Virus record (IMG/VR): IMGVR_UViG_3300042892_000699
DNA length: 64,000 bases
Source of the DNA: a virus
Lineage: Duplodnaviria; Caudoviricetes
Reading direction: 5' to 3' (one strand)
The position numbers and the translations under genes were made by a program. Positions 1 to 11,400 of this stretch are shown piece after piece (position 1 is the stretch's first letter; every line of letters starts with the position of its first letter). Under the pieces are notes generated by a model, which saw only the letters and a list, made by a program, of their open reading frames with translations, made no database searches and was not told the DNA's origin.

Positions 1-8
1 CTGGCGTT

Positions 9-770
9 TTGTTTGCATCTAGTTTAACAGTTGAAACGTTAATTGTTACCACTACTACTAATATTAATACTGGCGCAGGGTTTATTAACGGTGGGCTACA
101 GGTATACGGCGGCGCATGGATAGACAAGGATTTGTTTGTAGGAGGAGTATTATACTCATCAGGACAACAGGTATTAACTACTTCAAGTTTTGCAGGCGCA
201 GTTATAGGCGGCGTTGATATTGACGTTGTTACTAGCACCGGGACAGCCACTGCGGCGTCATTAACGTGGAATAATATTTCCACCTTGCAAACTGTAACTG
301 GACGCGGAGCAACAACAAACCGAGTAATATTTTTTACAAATACATCAGAATCTACCTCAACAAATTCTGGTGGTATTGTGATTTCTGGTGGTGTTGGTGT
401 TGCTAAACGAGTTACCTGTGAAAGTTTAAGAATAGCTGACACCGTATTTGATTCTACTCAAACTCTGGTAAATACAACAGCGACAACGGCTATAGACACG
501 TACAGCACAACACAATTTAGATCAGCGAAATATCTAATTCAAATAGATGAAGGTATTGGAACAAATGCAGACTTTGAATTAAGAGAAATCTTACTAGTTG
601 CAGATAATAACGGTCAAGTGTGGGCAACTGAATACGGTGTAGTTACGTCAAATGGAGATTTAGGAACGTTTGCTGCTGAAATAGTAGGAAGTACTGTAAC
701 ATTATATTTTACAGCTTTTACAGCAACAAACAAAACTATTAAGGTATTACGAACTGGAATGGCAGTTTAA
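9..770 (+). CDS. Virion fibre/structural protein, C-terminal part (frame is open off the left edge)
   Basis: G/T/V-rich shaft motifs (GGIVISGGVGV) and C-terminal IDTYSTTQFRSAKYLIQI...TEYG...LGTF module also present at the end of the next gene; no stop upstream within the window. Confidence 0.7.
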   Translation: MFASSLTVETLIVTTTTNINTGAGFINGGLQVYGGAWIDKDLFVGGVLYSSGQQVLTTSSFAGAVIGGVDIDVVTSTGTATAASLTWNNISTLQTVTGRGATTNRVIFFTNTSESTSTNSGGIVISGGVGVAKRVTCESLRIADTVFDSTQTLVNTTATTAIDTYSTTQFRSAKYLIQIDEGIGTNADFELREILLVADNNGQVWATEYGVVTSNGDLGTFAAEIVGSTVTLYFTAFTATNKTIKVLRTGMAV

Positions 771-782
771 AGGAAAACAAAG

Positions 783-3689
783 ATGGCGCTACAATCAATT
801 ATTAGGGATTTTGCAGTACGAGCTGGTTTAATCGTTGAAGGAACAGCGGCTGTAACCAGTGCAACTGGCATGACAGGGACCCTGCAAGTCAATGGTGGTG
901 CAGCCATTGCAAGAAATTTAATTGTAGGTGAAACTAGCGATTTTAAAGGTGATACATTCTCAAGAGGTAATGTTACAGTTCAAGGAGCAGCCTTTTTAGC
1001 AGGTGTTACAGCAACTAACAAAGTAATAATTAACACCGCTACGCAGGCAACAACAGGTGGTGACGGAGCACTGGCAGTAACAGGTGGTGGATATTTTGGC
1101 ACTAACGTAGTAGTTAACGGAAATGCACAAAGTACAACAACTCTAGCAAGCAACTCTTTATATGTTGCAGGCGGTGCTGGAATTAACGGATCTCTAGTAG
1201 TCCGTGGCGATGCAGTATTTCAAAATGACGTTATATTTTCAGGTGCAACAACCTACGTATATACAACCAACACTATCTATACCGATAACATAATTGAATT
1301 ACATTATCACGAAGGTACTTCTAGTTATACAGTTAATGACGGTTACGATATTGGTTTACGCTTCCACATATTTGACGGAACAAACACTAACGCATTTTTA
1401 GGCAGAGACAATGCTACTGGATATTTAGAATGGTTAGGCAGTGGCGTCACAGAAGAAAACACAGGCACAATTGAGTCCGGCACCTACGGTACATTTAAAA
1501 CTGGTGCAGTAATACTAACAGATGCTACTACTTCTACAAGTAAGGTAACAGGGGCACTGCAAGTTGCAGGAGGTATAGGTGCAGAAAATATCTATGTCAA
1601 CAATGCAAGAGTTAGCAGTCTAACACAGAATAGAATTGTACTTGTTGGTGCAAATGGTCAACTAGTTGATGATGCTGATCTAAGTTTTGATCCGGGAACA
1701 AACACACTAAATGCCATTGTATCGAATGCAAATACGGCAACTGATATTGCAGGAGGCGCAAGCGGATCATTATTATATCAAACTGGTCCAGGACTAACTG
1801 ATTTTATTCCAATCGGCATAGCAGGGCAGGTTTTACTTTCCAACGGAAGTATTCCAGTCTGGGCAACCACTGGCACTATTGTAGCTGGTTCTGCGTCAAC
1901 TGCATCAAACTTGCTATTTGGTACAACGTACCAGATTCCATATCAAACTGCTCCAGGTCAAACAGCATTTGAAGACAACTTTAAGTACAATTACGATACA
2001 AATACACTACAGACTGTAAATGCTACATTCACTAGCACCACTGATGCTAGTGGTCCGGCAAGTGGTGCAGTGCAAATTACAGGCGGTGTAAGTATCGGTG
2101 GAAGTTTGTATGTCGGTGGCACATTATTTGCCAGCGTTTCTGGTTCAAGTTCTAGTGCAACTAACGTAACCAGTGTTGCAACTACTGTAAACGCAACACA
2201 TTATTTGACATTTGTTGACAGTAACAATACAGTATCTGGATTTGAACAGTTATACACTACATCGTCCGTATCGTTTAATCCGAGTAATGGTAATTTAACC
2301 GTTACAGGAGTACTAAGCAGTAATAGTTTACAAACAGGTGCAGTGACTGCTACAGGCAATCTAGGTGCTGCAAATATTTCTACAACAGGTACGCTGAATG
2401 TAACAGGTATATCAACACTGGGAATTGTCACAGCTACTAGCTTGACAGTTACTGCACTTGCTATTGATGGCGATCTTGCTGTTAGATCTTCTACTGCATC
2501 AACATCAACAAATTCTGGAGCTCTACAAGTTTGGGGCGGAGTTGGCATAGGCGGCAATGCCTATGTAGGCGGAAACATTGTTGCATTGGGTGACTTAGCA
2601 GTCGACGGCGGCGACATTACCTCTAGTGCAGCTACATTTAATCTTGTCAATGCTAATGCTACTACTGTAAACTTTGCAGGCGCAGCTACTGCATTGACAA
2701 TTGGTCAGACATCTGGTTATACAGACATTCGTAATCAAACACGAGTTACTATTACAACTGAGGCTAATGCAACAAACACTGGTGCATTAATTATATCAGG
2801 TGGTGCAGGAATTGGCGGAAATGCATATGTTGGCGGAAATGTTGTAGCAACAGGAGATGTTGCAGTCAACGGTGGAGACTTAACTACTACTGCTGAAACA
2901 TTTAATCTAATAAACGCAAATGCAACCGCAGTGAATTTTGCAGGTGCAAGTACTGCAACTATTATCAGTGCTGCAACAGGCTACACAGCAATCCGCAATC
3001 AGACAACTATTACCAGCACAGTTAACGCAACTAGTGCAGTAACTGGCGCATTGCAGGTACGAGGTGGCGTTGGTGTTAGTGGAGCATTGTGGGTAGAACA
3101 GACATTAAGAGTAGTTAACAATGCTACTATGGCTAATGTAAGTGCTTCGCTAACTACTGTAACTAATTTAACTGTTAATGGGCAAGCATTAATTACTAAT
3201 GTTCTAACAATTACTGAATCTCAAAATTCTAATGCAACGACCAATGGTGCAGTTAGAATTTCTGGTGGTGTTGGTGTTGTTAAAGACGTGTTTGTTGGCG
3301 GCGCAATCACAGCTGGTGCAACACTGGCCGCTACAAGTTCCACTGTAGTTCCAGCATTGTTCTCTAACAACTTCTTGTTATCTTCATATACTAGTGGAAT
3401 TATATCAGGTGTTACTAAAGTAGATCTTGATTCCTATAGCTCTACTGTATATCGCAGTGCTAGATACTTTGTTCAGATAGTTGATGGGGCAGACATACAT
3501 ATCAGTGAAATTTCATTATTCCACGATGGTGTAAAAGCCTACATCAACGAATATGGTATTGCAACAAACAACGGACAGTTGGGTATATTTGATGCAGAAC
3601 TAACGCTAGGCAACGTTATTGTTAATTTTACCCCAACTAATGCAACTAATATGCAGATCAAGATGGTAAGGATTGGTATTTCAGCCTAA
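783..3689 (+). CDS. Tail-fibre-like structural protein, 968 aa
   Basis: Many (S/T)xTGALxVxGGxG(I/V) shaft repeats; C-terminal LDSYSSTVYRSARYFVQI...NEYG module paralogous to the previous gene; SD-like aaggaaa upstream. Confidence 0.75.
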   Translation: MALQSIIRDFAVRAGLIVEGTAAVTSATGMTGTLQVNGGAAIARNLIVGETSDFKGDTFSRGNVTVQGAAFLAGVTATNKVIINTATQATTGGDGALAVTGGGYFGTNVVVNGNAQSTTTLASNSLYVAGGAGINGSLVVRGDAVFQNDVIFSGATTYVYTTNTIYTDNIIELHYHEGTSSYTVNDGYDIGLRFHIFDGTNTNAFLGRDNATGYLEWLGSGVTEENTGTIESGTYGTFKTGAVILTDATTSTSKVTGALQVAGGIGAENIYVNNARVSSLTQNRIVLVGANGQLVDDADLSFDPGTNTLNAIVSNANTATDIAGGASGSLLYQTGPGLTDFIPIGIAGQVLLSNGSIPVWATTGTIVAGSASTASNLLFGTTYQIPYQTAPGQTAFEDNFKYNYDTNTLQTVNATFTSTTDASGPASGAVQITGGVSIGGSLYVGGTLFASVSGSSSSATNVTSVATTVNATHYLTFVDSNNTVSGFEQLYTTSSVSFNPSNGNLTVTGVLSSNSLQTGAVTATGNLGAANISTTGTLNVTGISTLGIVTATSLTVTALAIDGDLAVRSSTASTSTNSGALQVWGGVGIGGNAYVGGNIVALGDLAVDGGDITSSAATFNLVNANATTVNFAGAATALTIGQTSGYTDIRNQTRVTITTEANATNTGALIISGGAGIGGNAYVGGNVVATGDVAVNGGDLTTTAETFNLINANATAVNFAGASTATIISAATGYTAIRNQTTITSTVNATSAVTGALQVRGGVGVSGALWVEQTLRVVNNATMANVSASLTTVTNLTVNGQALITNVLTITESQNSNATTNGAVRISGGVGVVKDVFVGGAITAGATLAATSSTVVPALFSNNFLLSSYTSGIISGVTKVDLDSYSSTVYRSARYFVQIVDGADIHISEISLFHDGVKAYINEYGIATNNGQLGIFDAELTLGNVIVNFTPTNATNMQIKMVRIGISA

Positions 3690-3700
3690 TCTATCACAGC

Positions 3701-3724
3701 AAAAAGGGCCTTCGGGCCCTTTTT
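3701..3724 (+). terminator. Intrinsic terminator with cUUCGg tetraloop
   Basis: aaaaagggcc-ttcg-ggcccttttt perfect 10-bp stem directly after the stop at 3689. Confidence 0.9.
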
Positions 3725-3735
3725 CTATTTTCAAA

Positions 3736-3741
3736 TAAATA
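3736..3741 (+). promoter_or_regulatory. T4-like late promoter core (TAAATA)
   Basis: aaTAAATAa between terminator and gene at 3779; same motif precedes most structural genes. Confidence 0.65.
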
Positions 3742-3778
3742 ACTCTAGTAACGAGCCGTTACGTGGAAAGGGAAACTA

Positions 3779-6700
3779 ATGGCAGATAATATTGATTTTA
3801 GGGTCAGACACGGCCTTGCAGTAACAAACACAGCCACCGTTGAAAGTACGCTAACTTCAGTATCTACTGAAACTGGCGCATTAGTAGTGCAAGGTGGTGC
3901 AGGTATTGCAAAAGATGTCTACGTTGGCGGAATTATTGATGCAGCTGGAGACATTACCTCCGGTGGAGCCTTAGAAGTTGCAAATACGGCAACTATTTTA
4001 TCACAAACTGAATCAAACAACGTCACTACTGGTGCAGTTGTTGTATCGGGCGGCGCAGGTATCGGTAAAAATTTAAATGTTGGTGGATCCCAAACACTTA
4101 CAGGATCATTAACAGTAAACAGTGCAACTCAATCTAACGATACCACTACTGGTGCATTAAAAGTAGTCGGAGGAATTGGCGCTGGCGGCAATCTTAATAT
4201 TGGTGGTAAAGCAACTGTACAAAGTACTACAGGATCAATCTCTACTCAAACAGGAGCATTAGTAGTATCGGGCGGTGTTGGGGTCGGAGAAACAATATAT
4301 GTTGGCAAAGACTTATATGTTGGCGGTACATTGTATGGAACAGTACTAGGTAGTATCAGCACTGCAACAAATTTGTTTAGCGGATCTACAGGTCAAATAC
4401 CATATCAAACTGGTCCTGGTGCAACTAGTTTCTTTGGCCCAGGTTTTGCTGGTCAATTATTAGTTTCAGCAGGAGCTGCGGCTCCTGTGTACACAAACAC
4501 AGGTAGTATCTATGTTAATGCAGCACAATATGCAAACAGATTAATTGGTGGAGCTACTGGTAGCATTCCTTATCAGTCTGGTGCAAGTATAACAACATTC
4601 TTAGCTGGCGGTGCAACTGGTGCGTTTTTAAAGTACAACGGTTCGGCTCCTATTTGGGCAACAACAGCATCGTTCACCGGCGGCACTGGCAATAGTGCGT
4701 CAGCTGGCGGACAAAGTGTGTATGTTTCCAGTGGCGGTGTAGGTGTAGTTGGTAACAGTTATTTTGCAAACGACTTAGGAGTCAATGGTAGTTTAACCAT
4801 TGCCGGTCCTACTACGTTTAATAACATCGTAACATTTGCTGGTACTGCAACTTACGTTTACTCTTCAAACTCTGTCCTTACTGACTCTTTATTAGTATTA
4901 CACGCAAATACTTCAGGAGGATGGACATTTAATGATAACTTAGACATTGGTATCAAAGGTGATTACTACGATACTACGCTAAATCAGGCAAAATCATTCT
5001 TCTTTGGTTTTAAACCTAGTAACCGTTATCTAGAATTCTTGGTACGTGGTACTGAAAGTTCTCCAGGTGTCTTTACTGGTGATTATGGTGACTTAAAACT
5101 AAACACTATTCTTTTAACATCTACTGCAACCAGTACCAACTCAGATACTGGTGCACTAGTTGTACCGGGCGGTGTTGGTATTCGTGGTAATGTTAACTTA
5201 CAAGATACTGGACAACTAGTTGTTGGCGTTAATTTGGCAGCGCCTTTACCTGATGCTCCTATCAACGTAGCAGGTAACATAGACAGTTATTTCCAAATTA
5301 ACGTTCAAAACGTTAATTCCGGAGTTAATGCAAGTGCTGATTTTGTAGCAACAGCAGACATCGGTGATGATACTTCAAACTACACTAACATCGGTATTGC
5401 CAACAGTAATTTTGCCTATCCAGATGCCAGTATTGCTAAACCTTTAGACAGCTATGCATTTGCCTATGGCGGTGATTGGATACTTGCTACCGGACTGCCA
5501 AATAAGAGATTTGAATTTTGGAATGATGGAACTGCTATTCCAGGAGCTGGTCCGTTAGTTACATCCACTACTGGTACACTAACTGTAAGCATCAGCAGTT
5601 TAGGTATGCTGGTTCATGCTAAGACCAGTGCAACCAGTACATCTACAGGAGCGTTGCAGGTACGAGGCGGAGTTGGCATTGCAGGCGACTTATACATCGG
5701 CGGAACAATTTATGGTACTGCATCTATTACAGGTGAAGTAACTACTGCAACTAATGTAGCTGGTGGTACTGCTGGACAGGTTCTTTATCAACAAGCACCT
5801 GGTATTACACAATTCTTTGGGCCAGGAACTGCTGGTAATATATTAGTCAGCAATGGCGCAAGTGCTCCTAGTTATAATAATACATTGACCCTAACTGGAG
5901 TAACAAGTGCAACATCTACATTAACGGGAGCATTGCAAGTACGTGGTGGTGCTGGTATCGGCGGCAATTTGTATCTTGGCGGAAGACTGGGTATTAAAAA
6001 TACTGCTATCAATGCTGACATAGACAGCGTAGCAGGTTGGGCTTATGATAGTACATTCAGTGTTGCTAATCCAACTGACATATTCTTTAAGCCAGACGGT
6101 TTAGTAATGTACCTAGCGTTTGCTGCTTCAATTACGCAGTATAATTTGTCAGTTGCATGGGATATTACAACAGCAGTAGCAGGTACAAGTTTCTCGATGT
6201 CTTTAATTGACTCGGCAACAAATGGATTGTTCATTAGCCCAGACGGTACTAAGATGATTACTTGTGGGCAAACAGGTGTTGTTATTGCCAACGGTTCTGA
6301 TGTTGCTAGCCAAGATAGAGCATATTACTTTACTTTAGGAACACCGTGGAATGTAGGCAGTGCAACACTGGTAAGTTCAATAAGATTTGCCCTAGGTGAT
6401 GCAGGTGGCATACCATCAGCAATGACTGCACCTCAAGCCGTTGACTTTAATAATGACGGTACAATAATGTACATAGTAGACTCAACTACTGATGCTGTAC
6501 ATCAGTTTGCGTTGAGTTCAGCCTATAACGTTGGAACAGCAACTTGGACAAAACAATTTAGTATTGCTGGTCAAGAAAGCGGACCAACTGGTCTACGATT
6601 TAACAGTAGCGGCACACGTATGTACATACACGGCAGTACTGGTGATGATGTTAATGAATATAGATTGGGCACAGCATGGGATATTGCCACTGCTGTATTT

Positions 6701-8179
6701 TATGATAAATTCTATACAGGCTGGTACGAAATAACTCCAAATGGTATATACATCAATGAGTCTGCTAACGTAGCATTCTTATGCGGATCTAGTAGTGATG
6801 CAGTATTAAAATTCCGCACAGATCGTCAAGGCGTAGAAATTGATCCAGAAACGGCTACTAGCAAAATTGAACTTGCTGGCAACACTAGAGTTACAGATAA
6901 CTTCTACGTCAGCGGACGGGCAGCATTTGAAGGTCGAGTTGACGCTCTTGGAGATCTTGTTACTGGTGGAGATATCACAATAGGCGGCAACGATTTAAAC
7001 GTTGGTTCTGCTACAGCCGCTGCTTCTTTGTTCTCTGGAATGACATCGGGTGCATTAAGCATTGCTACAAGTCAATCTTCAGGTGCTATCAACATAGGTG
7101 GAACAGCCGCAACCGGTATAATTACAGTTGGTCAATCTACTGCTGCTCAGACATTAAACTTGTCATCAGGCGCCACTGCTGCTGTTGTAACTAAAGTTGT
7201 TAATATCGGTACCGCTGGTCTTGCAGGATCAACTAGTACAATTAACATCGGATCAACAGTTGCAGGAGCATTAGGTGTTACTACAATCGGTGGAACATCT
7301 ACTTTAATTGCATCTACTACTTCTGCTATATCAACTAACACAGGCGCATTACAAGTACGCGGCGGAGTTGGCATCGGTGGTAGCTTAGTTGTTGGCGGTA
7401 CAATTTTTGGTGTTATTACTACTGCAACTAATATAGCAGGTGGTGCACCAGGAAGTATTCCTTATCAAAGTACTACAGGAACTACAACATTTGTGCCTAT
7501 CGGAACAAGTTCTTATATTTTATTATCTAATGGAACTAGTCCTTTCTGGGGAATTCAATCTGGTTTAGGCGCAGGATCTTCAGACACAATTAAAGTTACC
7601 AACAATGTAACATCATCTACTGCTCATTATTTGACATTTGTATCCACAAGTACTGGATTTGCAAACTTAAATGTAGCTGCTACAACAGGTATTACTTACA
7701 TACCTAGTGCAAACCGATTAGGTATTAACACTAATAATCCTCAGTATACATTAGATGTTAACTCTACAACTAATGCAATTATTAGAGCGAATGGTACAAC
7801 AACTGGTGGTGTAAGTTTACAGAACAGTTCTAAACAATTTACAATTGCCGCTGTTGGCACTGACCTAACATTCTACGATGATACAGTAGGACAAACTAGA
7901 GCAAGGTTCGACACTAACGGTAACTTTGGCGTTGGCGGTATACCAACTGCAAAATTTGAAGTAGCAGGTACTGTTAAAATCAGCGGCATTACTACCGTGA
8001 CCAATGTCACAGCATCTGTGAGTACAACTACAGGAGCGTTACAAGTCTACGGTGGCATAGGAGTAGGCGACAGTGTCTATGTTAAGAACCGTGTAGGATT
8101 TGTTAATGCAAGTAATGTTAGTAGAGTTTATCAAGTGTACAACACTGTTACTGATAGTTTAGATACGGTGTTTGCATAA
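3779..8179 (+). CDS. Tail-fibre-like protein with internal beta-propeller-like repeat block, 1466 aa
   Basis: TGALxVxGGxGI and ATN(I/L)AGGxxG(Q/S)IPYQ shaft repeats; five repeats of the type P-x-(D/G)-hydrophobic-x-F-x-x-DG-x-x-MY...Y-x-L-x-x-(A/P)W-(D/N) at about 6060-6820. Confidence 0.75.
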   Translation: MADNIDFRVRHGLAVTNTATVESTLTSVSTETGALVVQGGAGIAKDVYVGGIIDAAGDITSGGALEVANTATILSQTESNNVTTGAVVVSGGAGIGKNLNVGGSQTLTGSLTVNSATQSNDTTTGALKVVGGIGAGGNLNIGGKATVQSTTGSISTQTGALVVSGGVGVGETIYVGKDLYVGGTLYGTVLGSISTATNLFSGSTGQIPYQTGPGATSFFGPGFAGQLLVSAGAAAPVYTNTGSIYVNAAQYANRLIGGATGSIPYQSGASITTFLAGGATGAFLKYNGSAPIWATTASFTGGTGNSASAGGQSVYVSSGGVGVVGNSYFANDLGVNGSLTIAGPTTFNNIVTFAGTATYVYSSNSVLTDSLLVLHANTSGGWTFNDNLDIGIKGDYYDTTLNQAKSFFFGFKPSNRYLEFLVRGTESSPGVFTGDYGDLKLNTILLTSTATSTNSDTGALVVPGGVGIRGNVNLQDTGQLVVGVNLAAPLPDAPINVAGNIDSYFQINVQNVNSGVNASADFVATADIGDDTSNYTNIGIANSNFAYPDASIAKPLDSYAFAYGGDWILATGLPNKRFEFWNDGTAIPGAGPLVTSTTGTLTVSISSLGMLVHAKTSATSTSTGALQVRGGVGIAGDLYIGGTIYGTASITGEVTTATNVAGGTAGQVLYQQAPGITQFFGPGTAGNILVSNGASAPSYNNTLTLTGVTSATSTLTGALQVRGGAGIGGNLYLGGRLGIKNTAINADIDSVAGWAYDSTFSVANPTDIFFKPDGLVMYLAFAASITQYNLSVAWDITTAVAGTSFSMSLIDSATNGLFISPDGTKMITCGQTGVVIANGSDVASQDRAYYFTLGTPWNVGSATLVSSIRFALGDAGGIPSAMTAPQAVDFNNDGTIMYIVDSTTDAVHQFALSSAYNVGTATWTKQFSIAGQESGPTGLRFNSSGTRMYIHGSTGDDVNEYRLGTAWDIATAVFYDKFYTGWYEITPNGIYINESANVAFLCGSSSDAVLKFRTDRQGVEIDPETATSKIELAGNTRVTDNFYVSGRAAFEGRVDALGDLVTGGDITIGGNDLNVGSATAAASLFSGMTSGALSIATSQSSGAINIGGTAATGIITVGQSTAAQTLNLSSGATAAVVTKVVNIGTAGLAGSTSTINIGSTVAGALGVTTIGGTSTLIASTTSAISTNTGALQVRGGVGIGGSLVVGGTIFGVITTATNIAGGAPGSIPYQSTTGTTTFVPIGTSSYILLSNGTSPFWGIQSGLGAGSSDTIKVTNNVTSSTAHYLTFVSTSTGFANLNVAATTGITYIPSANRLGINTNNPQYTLDVNSTTNAIIRANGTTTGGVSLQNSSKQFTIAAVGTDLTFYDDTVGQTRARFDTNGNFGVGGIPTAKFEVAGTVKISGITTVTNVTASVSTTTGALQVYGGIGVGDSVYVKNRVGFVNASNVSRVYQVYNTVTDSLDTVFA

Positions 8180-8400
8180 TGACTATAGTAGCATCTAGAA
8201 TAACTTCAACAGGTACACTGTTTATTAGTGGAGAGTTTGACGAAGTTACAGGTTCAACTATTAAGTTGACTACGACAACTTATTTTGCTGCCGAGTTTGA
8301 TGAAGTAACAATCAACGGTGGCGCTGTGGCAAAAAGAGAAACAAGCACAGGTGTAATCCTTGTGTCAAACGAGTTTAATGAAGTTGATAAACCCGTTTAA
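8179..8400 (+). CDS. Small hypothetical protein with three EF(D/N)EV repeats, 73 aa
   Basis: TAATG stop/start overlap with upstream fibre gene; repeats GEFDEV, AEFDEV, NEFNEV. Confidence 0.7.
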   Translation: MTIVASRITSTGTLFISGEFDEVTGSTIKLTTTTYFAAEFDEVTINGGAVAKRETSTGVILVSNEFNEVDKPV

Positions 8401-8409
8401 AATTTACAA

Positions 8410-8415
8410 TAAATA
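8410..8415 (+). promoter_or_regulatory. T4-like late promoter core, 8 nt before ATG
   Basis: aaTAAATAgagatactATG. Confidence 0.6.
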
Positions 8416-8423
8416 GAGATACT

Positions 8424-11400
8424 ATGGCAAAACTCTTAACTGGAACAAGAATATACGGCACCGGCACAGTTGATACACAACTGTTAGTTAACGGTACTGA
8501 ACAAGCAACATCGACTGCAACTGGAGCACTGGAAGTAGTAGGCGGAGTAGGAATTGGAGGAAGTTTATTTGTTGGTGGCATTGTTACCGCAACTAACTTA
8601 GTTCGACTAACTAACGCAACTGAAGCATCAACAACTAACACAGGCGCATTAACTGTAGCTGGTGGTGTTGGCGTTGGAAAAGATCTTAGAGTAGGCGGAA
8701 CAATTTACGGAACAATAGTCGGTACTGTAGTAGGAACTATTACCACTGCTTCAAATTTAGGTAGCGGTACAATTGGTCAAGTTCCTTTTCAAGAAGCGCC
8801 CGGAGTTACAAAATTCTTTGGTCCGGGTACAGACGGACAATTGTTAGTCAGTGCAGGCGCAAGCTCTACTGGACCAGTCTACACTAATACTGCATCTATC
8901 TATGTAGGTCGTGCTGCATTAGCAGATGACTTATCAGGCGGCGCAGTTGGTAGTATACCATATCAAGATGCTGCCAACAGCACTGTATTTTTAGGATTAG
9001 GTACACCAGGATTTGTCATGCTGGCTGGAGCAACTGCACCAGTATGGGTATCGACATCTACATTATCTGTAGGACGAGCTAATCAATCTGACAGTATCTT
9101 AATGGCAAATGAAGTTGCCGATACTAATGTAAACTTTATTACATTTGCTTCAACAACAACTGGATACACCACATTGAAAGGTGGTGCTATGAGCAACTTG
9201 ACTTACAAACCTAGTACAGGTTTTGTAGGTGTAGGTGCAGGGTCTCCTGCATATAGATTACATGTTGTCGAATCTGGAAACGCAGTTCCTGTATTTTTAG
9301 AACGCTCAACTAGCGGCGATATTTTACAATTATATAATCAAAGCGGACTAACTGCCAGTGAATCATCTTTGGGGTTTGTACACAAAGACAGTGCAACTAC
9401 TCCTGTTAGTGGTTCTAGAATTGCAGGATATGCATCAAACTTAGCAACTGGTGCAGTATCCGGTGGCATTATTTTCTATAGTAAAAATGCAGGTACTGAA
9501 GCAGAAAGTTTTAGAGTTAATAATCTAGGAAATGTTGGACTAGGAAACAATGCTCCTGCATACAAATTAGATATCACAGGTGGTGTTAGAATGACTGGTA
9601 TTACTACCAGCACTAATGCAACTGCTTCAACCAGCCCAACAACAGGTGCGCTACAACTAGCAGGTGGCGCCGGTGTGCAGGGTAATGTTAACGCCAGCGG
9701 CCAATTTGTTTCTACTCAGGCAAATAACACTGCTACAGGTTCTGCACAACTTTATCTAAATGGTGTAACTGGTAATAGAATTGATTTTAATATCAACGGT
9801 GTTGCTGCTCCTAGCGTAACACCTCGTAGTGTAGGTACAAAAATTGTATATTATCCGGGGCTAAGTTCTACAAGTGTAGACTATGCTACCGGAATTGAAA
9901 CTGGCGCATTATGGACCAGCGTTCCTAATGCCACAGATACGTTTAGGTGGTATGGTAGTACTACATTAATGGCATCTCTGTCAAATAGTAATTTGACATT
10001 AGGTGGTGACCTTGCAGTCAATGGCGGAGACATTACGTCAAACGCTACAACATTTAGCATAGTCAACACTACAGCAACCACTGTAAATATTGCTGGCGCA
10101 GGTACAGCGATTACCATCGGTTCTAACAGTGCAGGTACAACTACAATTAGAAACGTTGTAGCAATTACCACTAACACAGTTAGCTCAGCATACACTAACG
10201 GAGCACTGGTTGTTACTGGCGGCGTTGGTATTGCAGGCGACCTACGTGTCAACGGTACTATTTTTGGTAGTGTAAGTGTTAGTGGTATTACCAGCACAGC
10301 GACCAATATTGCAGGCGGAACAGCAGGACAAATTCCTTATCAAACCGGTCCTGGCGTAACAGCATACTTTGGACCAGGAACTGCCGGTGATGTATTAGTC
10401 AGTAATGGTACAAGTGCTCCTACATACAACAACACATTAGCGTTGGCTGGCACAACCGCAGCAACTAACGCAACATCTGGAGCATTAAGAGTTGCAGGTG
10501 GCGTTGGTATTAACGATAATTTATTTGTTACCAACAACATTAATGCAGTAAGTGGTCAATATGTTTCAACTCGCGCTAACAACACAGCAACTGGTGCAGG
10601 ACAAATTTTATTAAACGGTGCATCTGGCAATAGAATTGATTTTAATCAAAATGGCGTAGCAGCACCTACATTTACCACTAGAAGTGCAGGCACTAAACTG
10701 GTATTATATTCGGATTTATCTGCATCTAGCACAGATTATGCACTAGGTATCGAATCTGGTACGTTATGGTCCAGTGTTAGCACCACTGCTCGATCTTTCA
10801 AATGGTATGGCGGTACAACTTTAGCAGCAACACTAAGTGGTACTGGTAATTTAACATTAGTGGGCGATGCAGCAATCAACGGTGGAGACATTACAACTAC
10901 ACAAACTACATTCAACTTAGTTGATGCAACTGCAACTACTGTAAACTTTGCAGGCGCAGCTACTGCACTGACTATGGGTGCAGTTAGCGGAACAACTACT
11001 GTTCGAAACAATTTAACCGTTGCAGGAAACTTAACAGTTCAAGGAACAACTACACAGGTCAACAGTACAGTGACCAACGTCAGTGATCCTATCTTTACTC
11101 TAGGAACAGGACCGTTAGGTGCAGATCCTACAGCAGATGACAATAGAGATCGTGGTATTGCATTCAAATGGCACAACGGCACTAATGCAAGAACTGGTTT
11201 CTTTGGATTTGATGACAGCACTGGTTACTTTACCTTTGTATCAAGTGCAACTATCACTAATGAAGTTATTGCACCAGCTGGCGGAACTACTCGTGGTGCA
11301 ATTGATGCAAACTTAGCAGGTGGCGCAACTGGATCATTACCATATCAAAGTGCTGCAAACGTAAGTGCATTCTTACCTATCGGAACCGCTGGACAAATTC

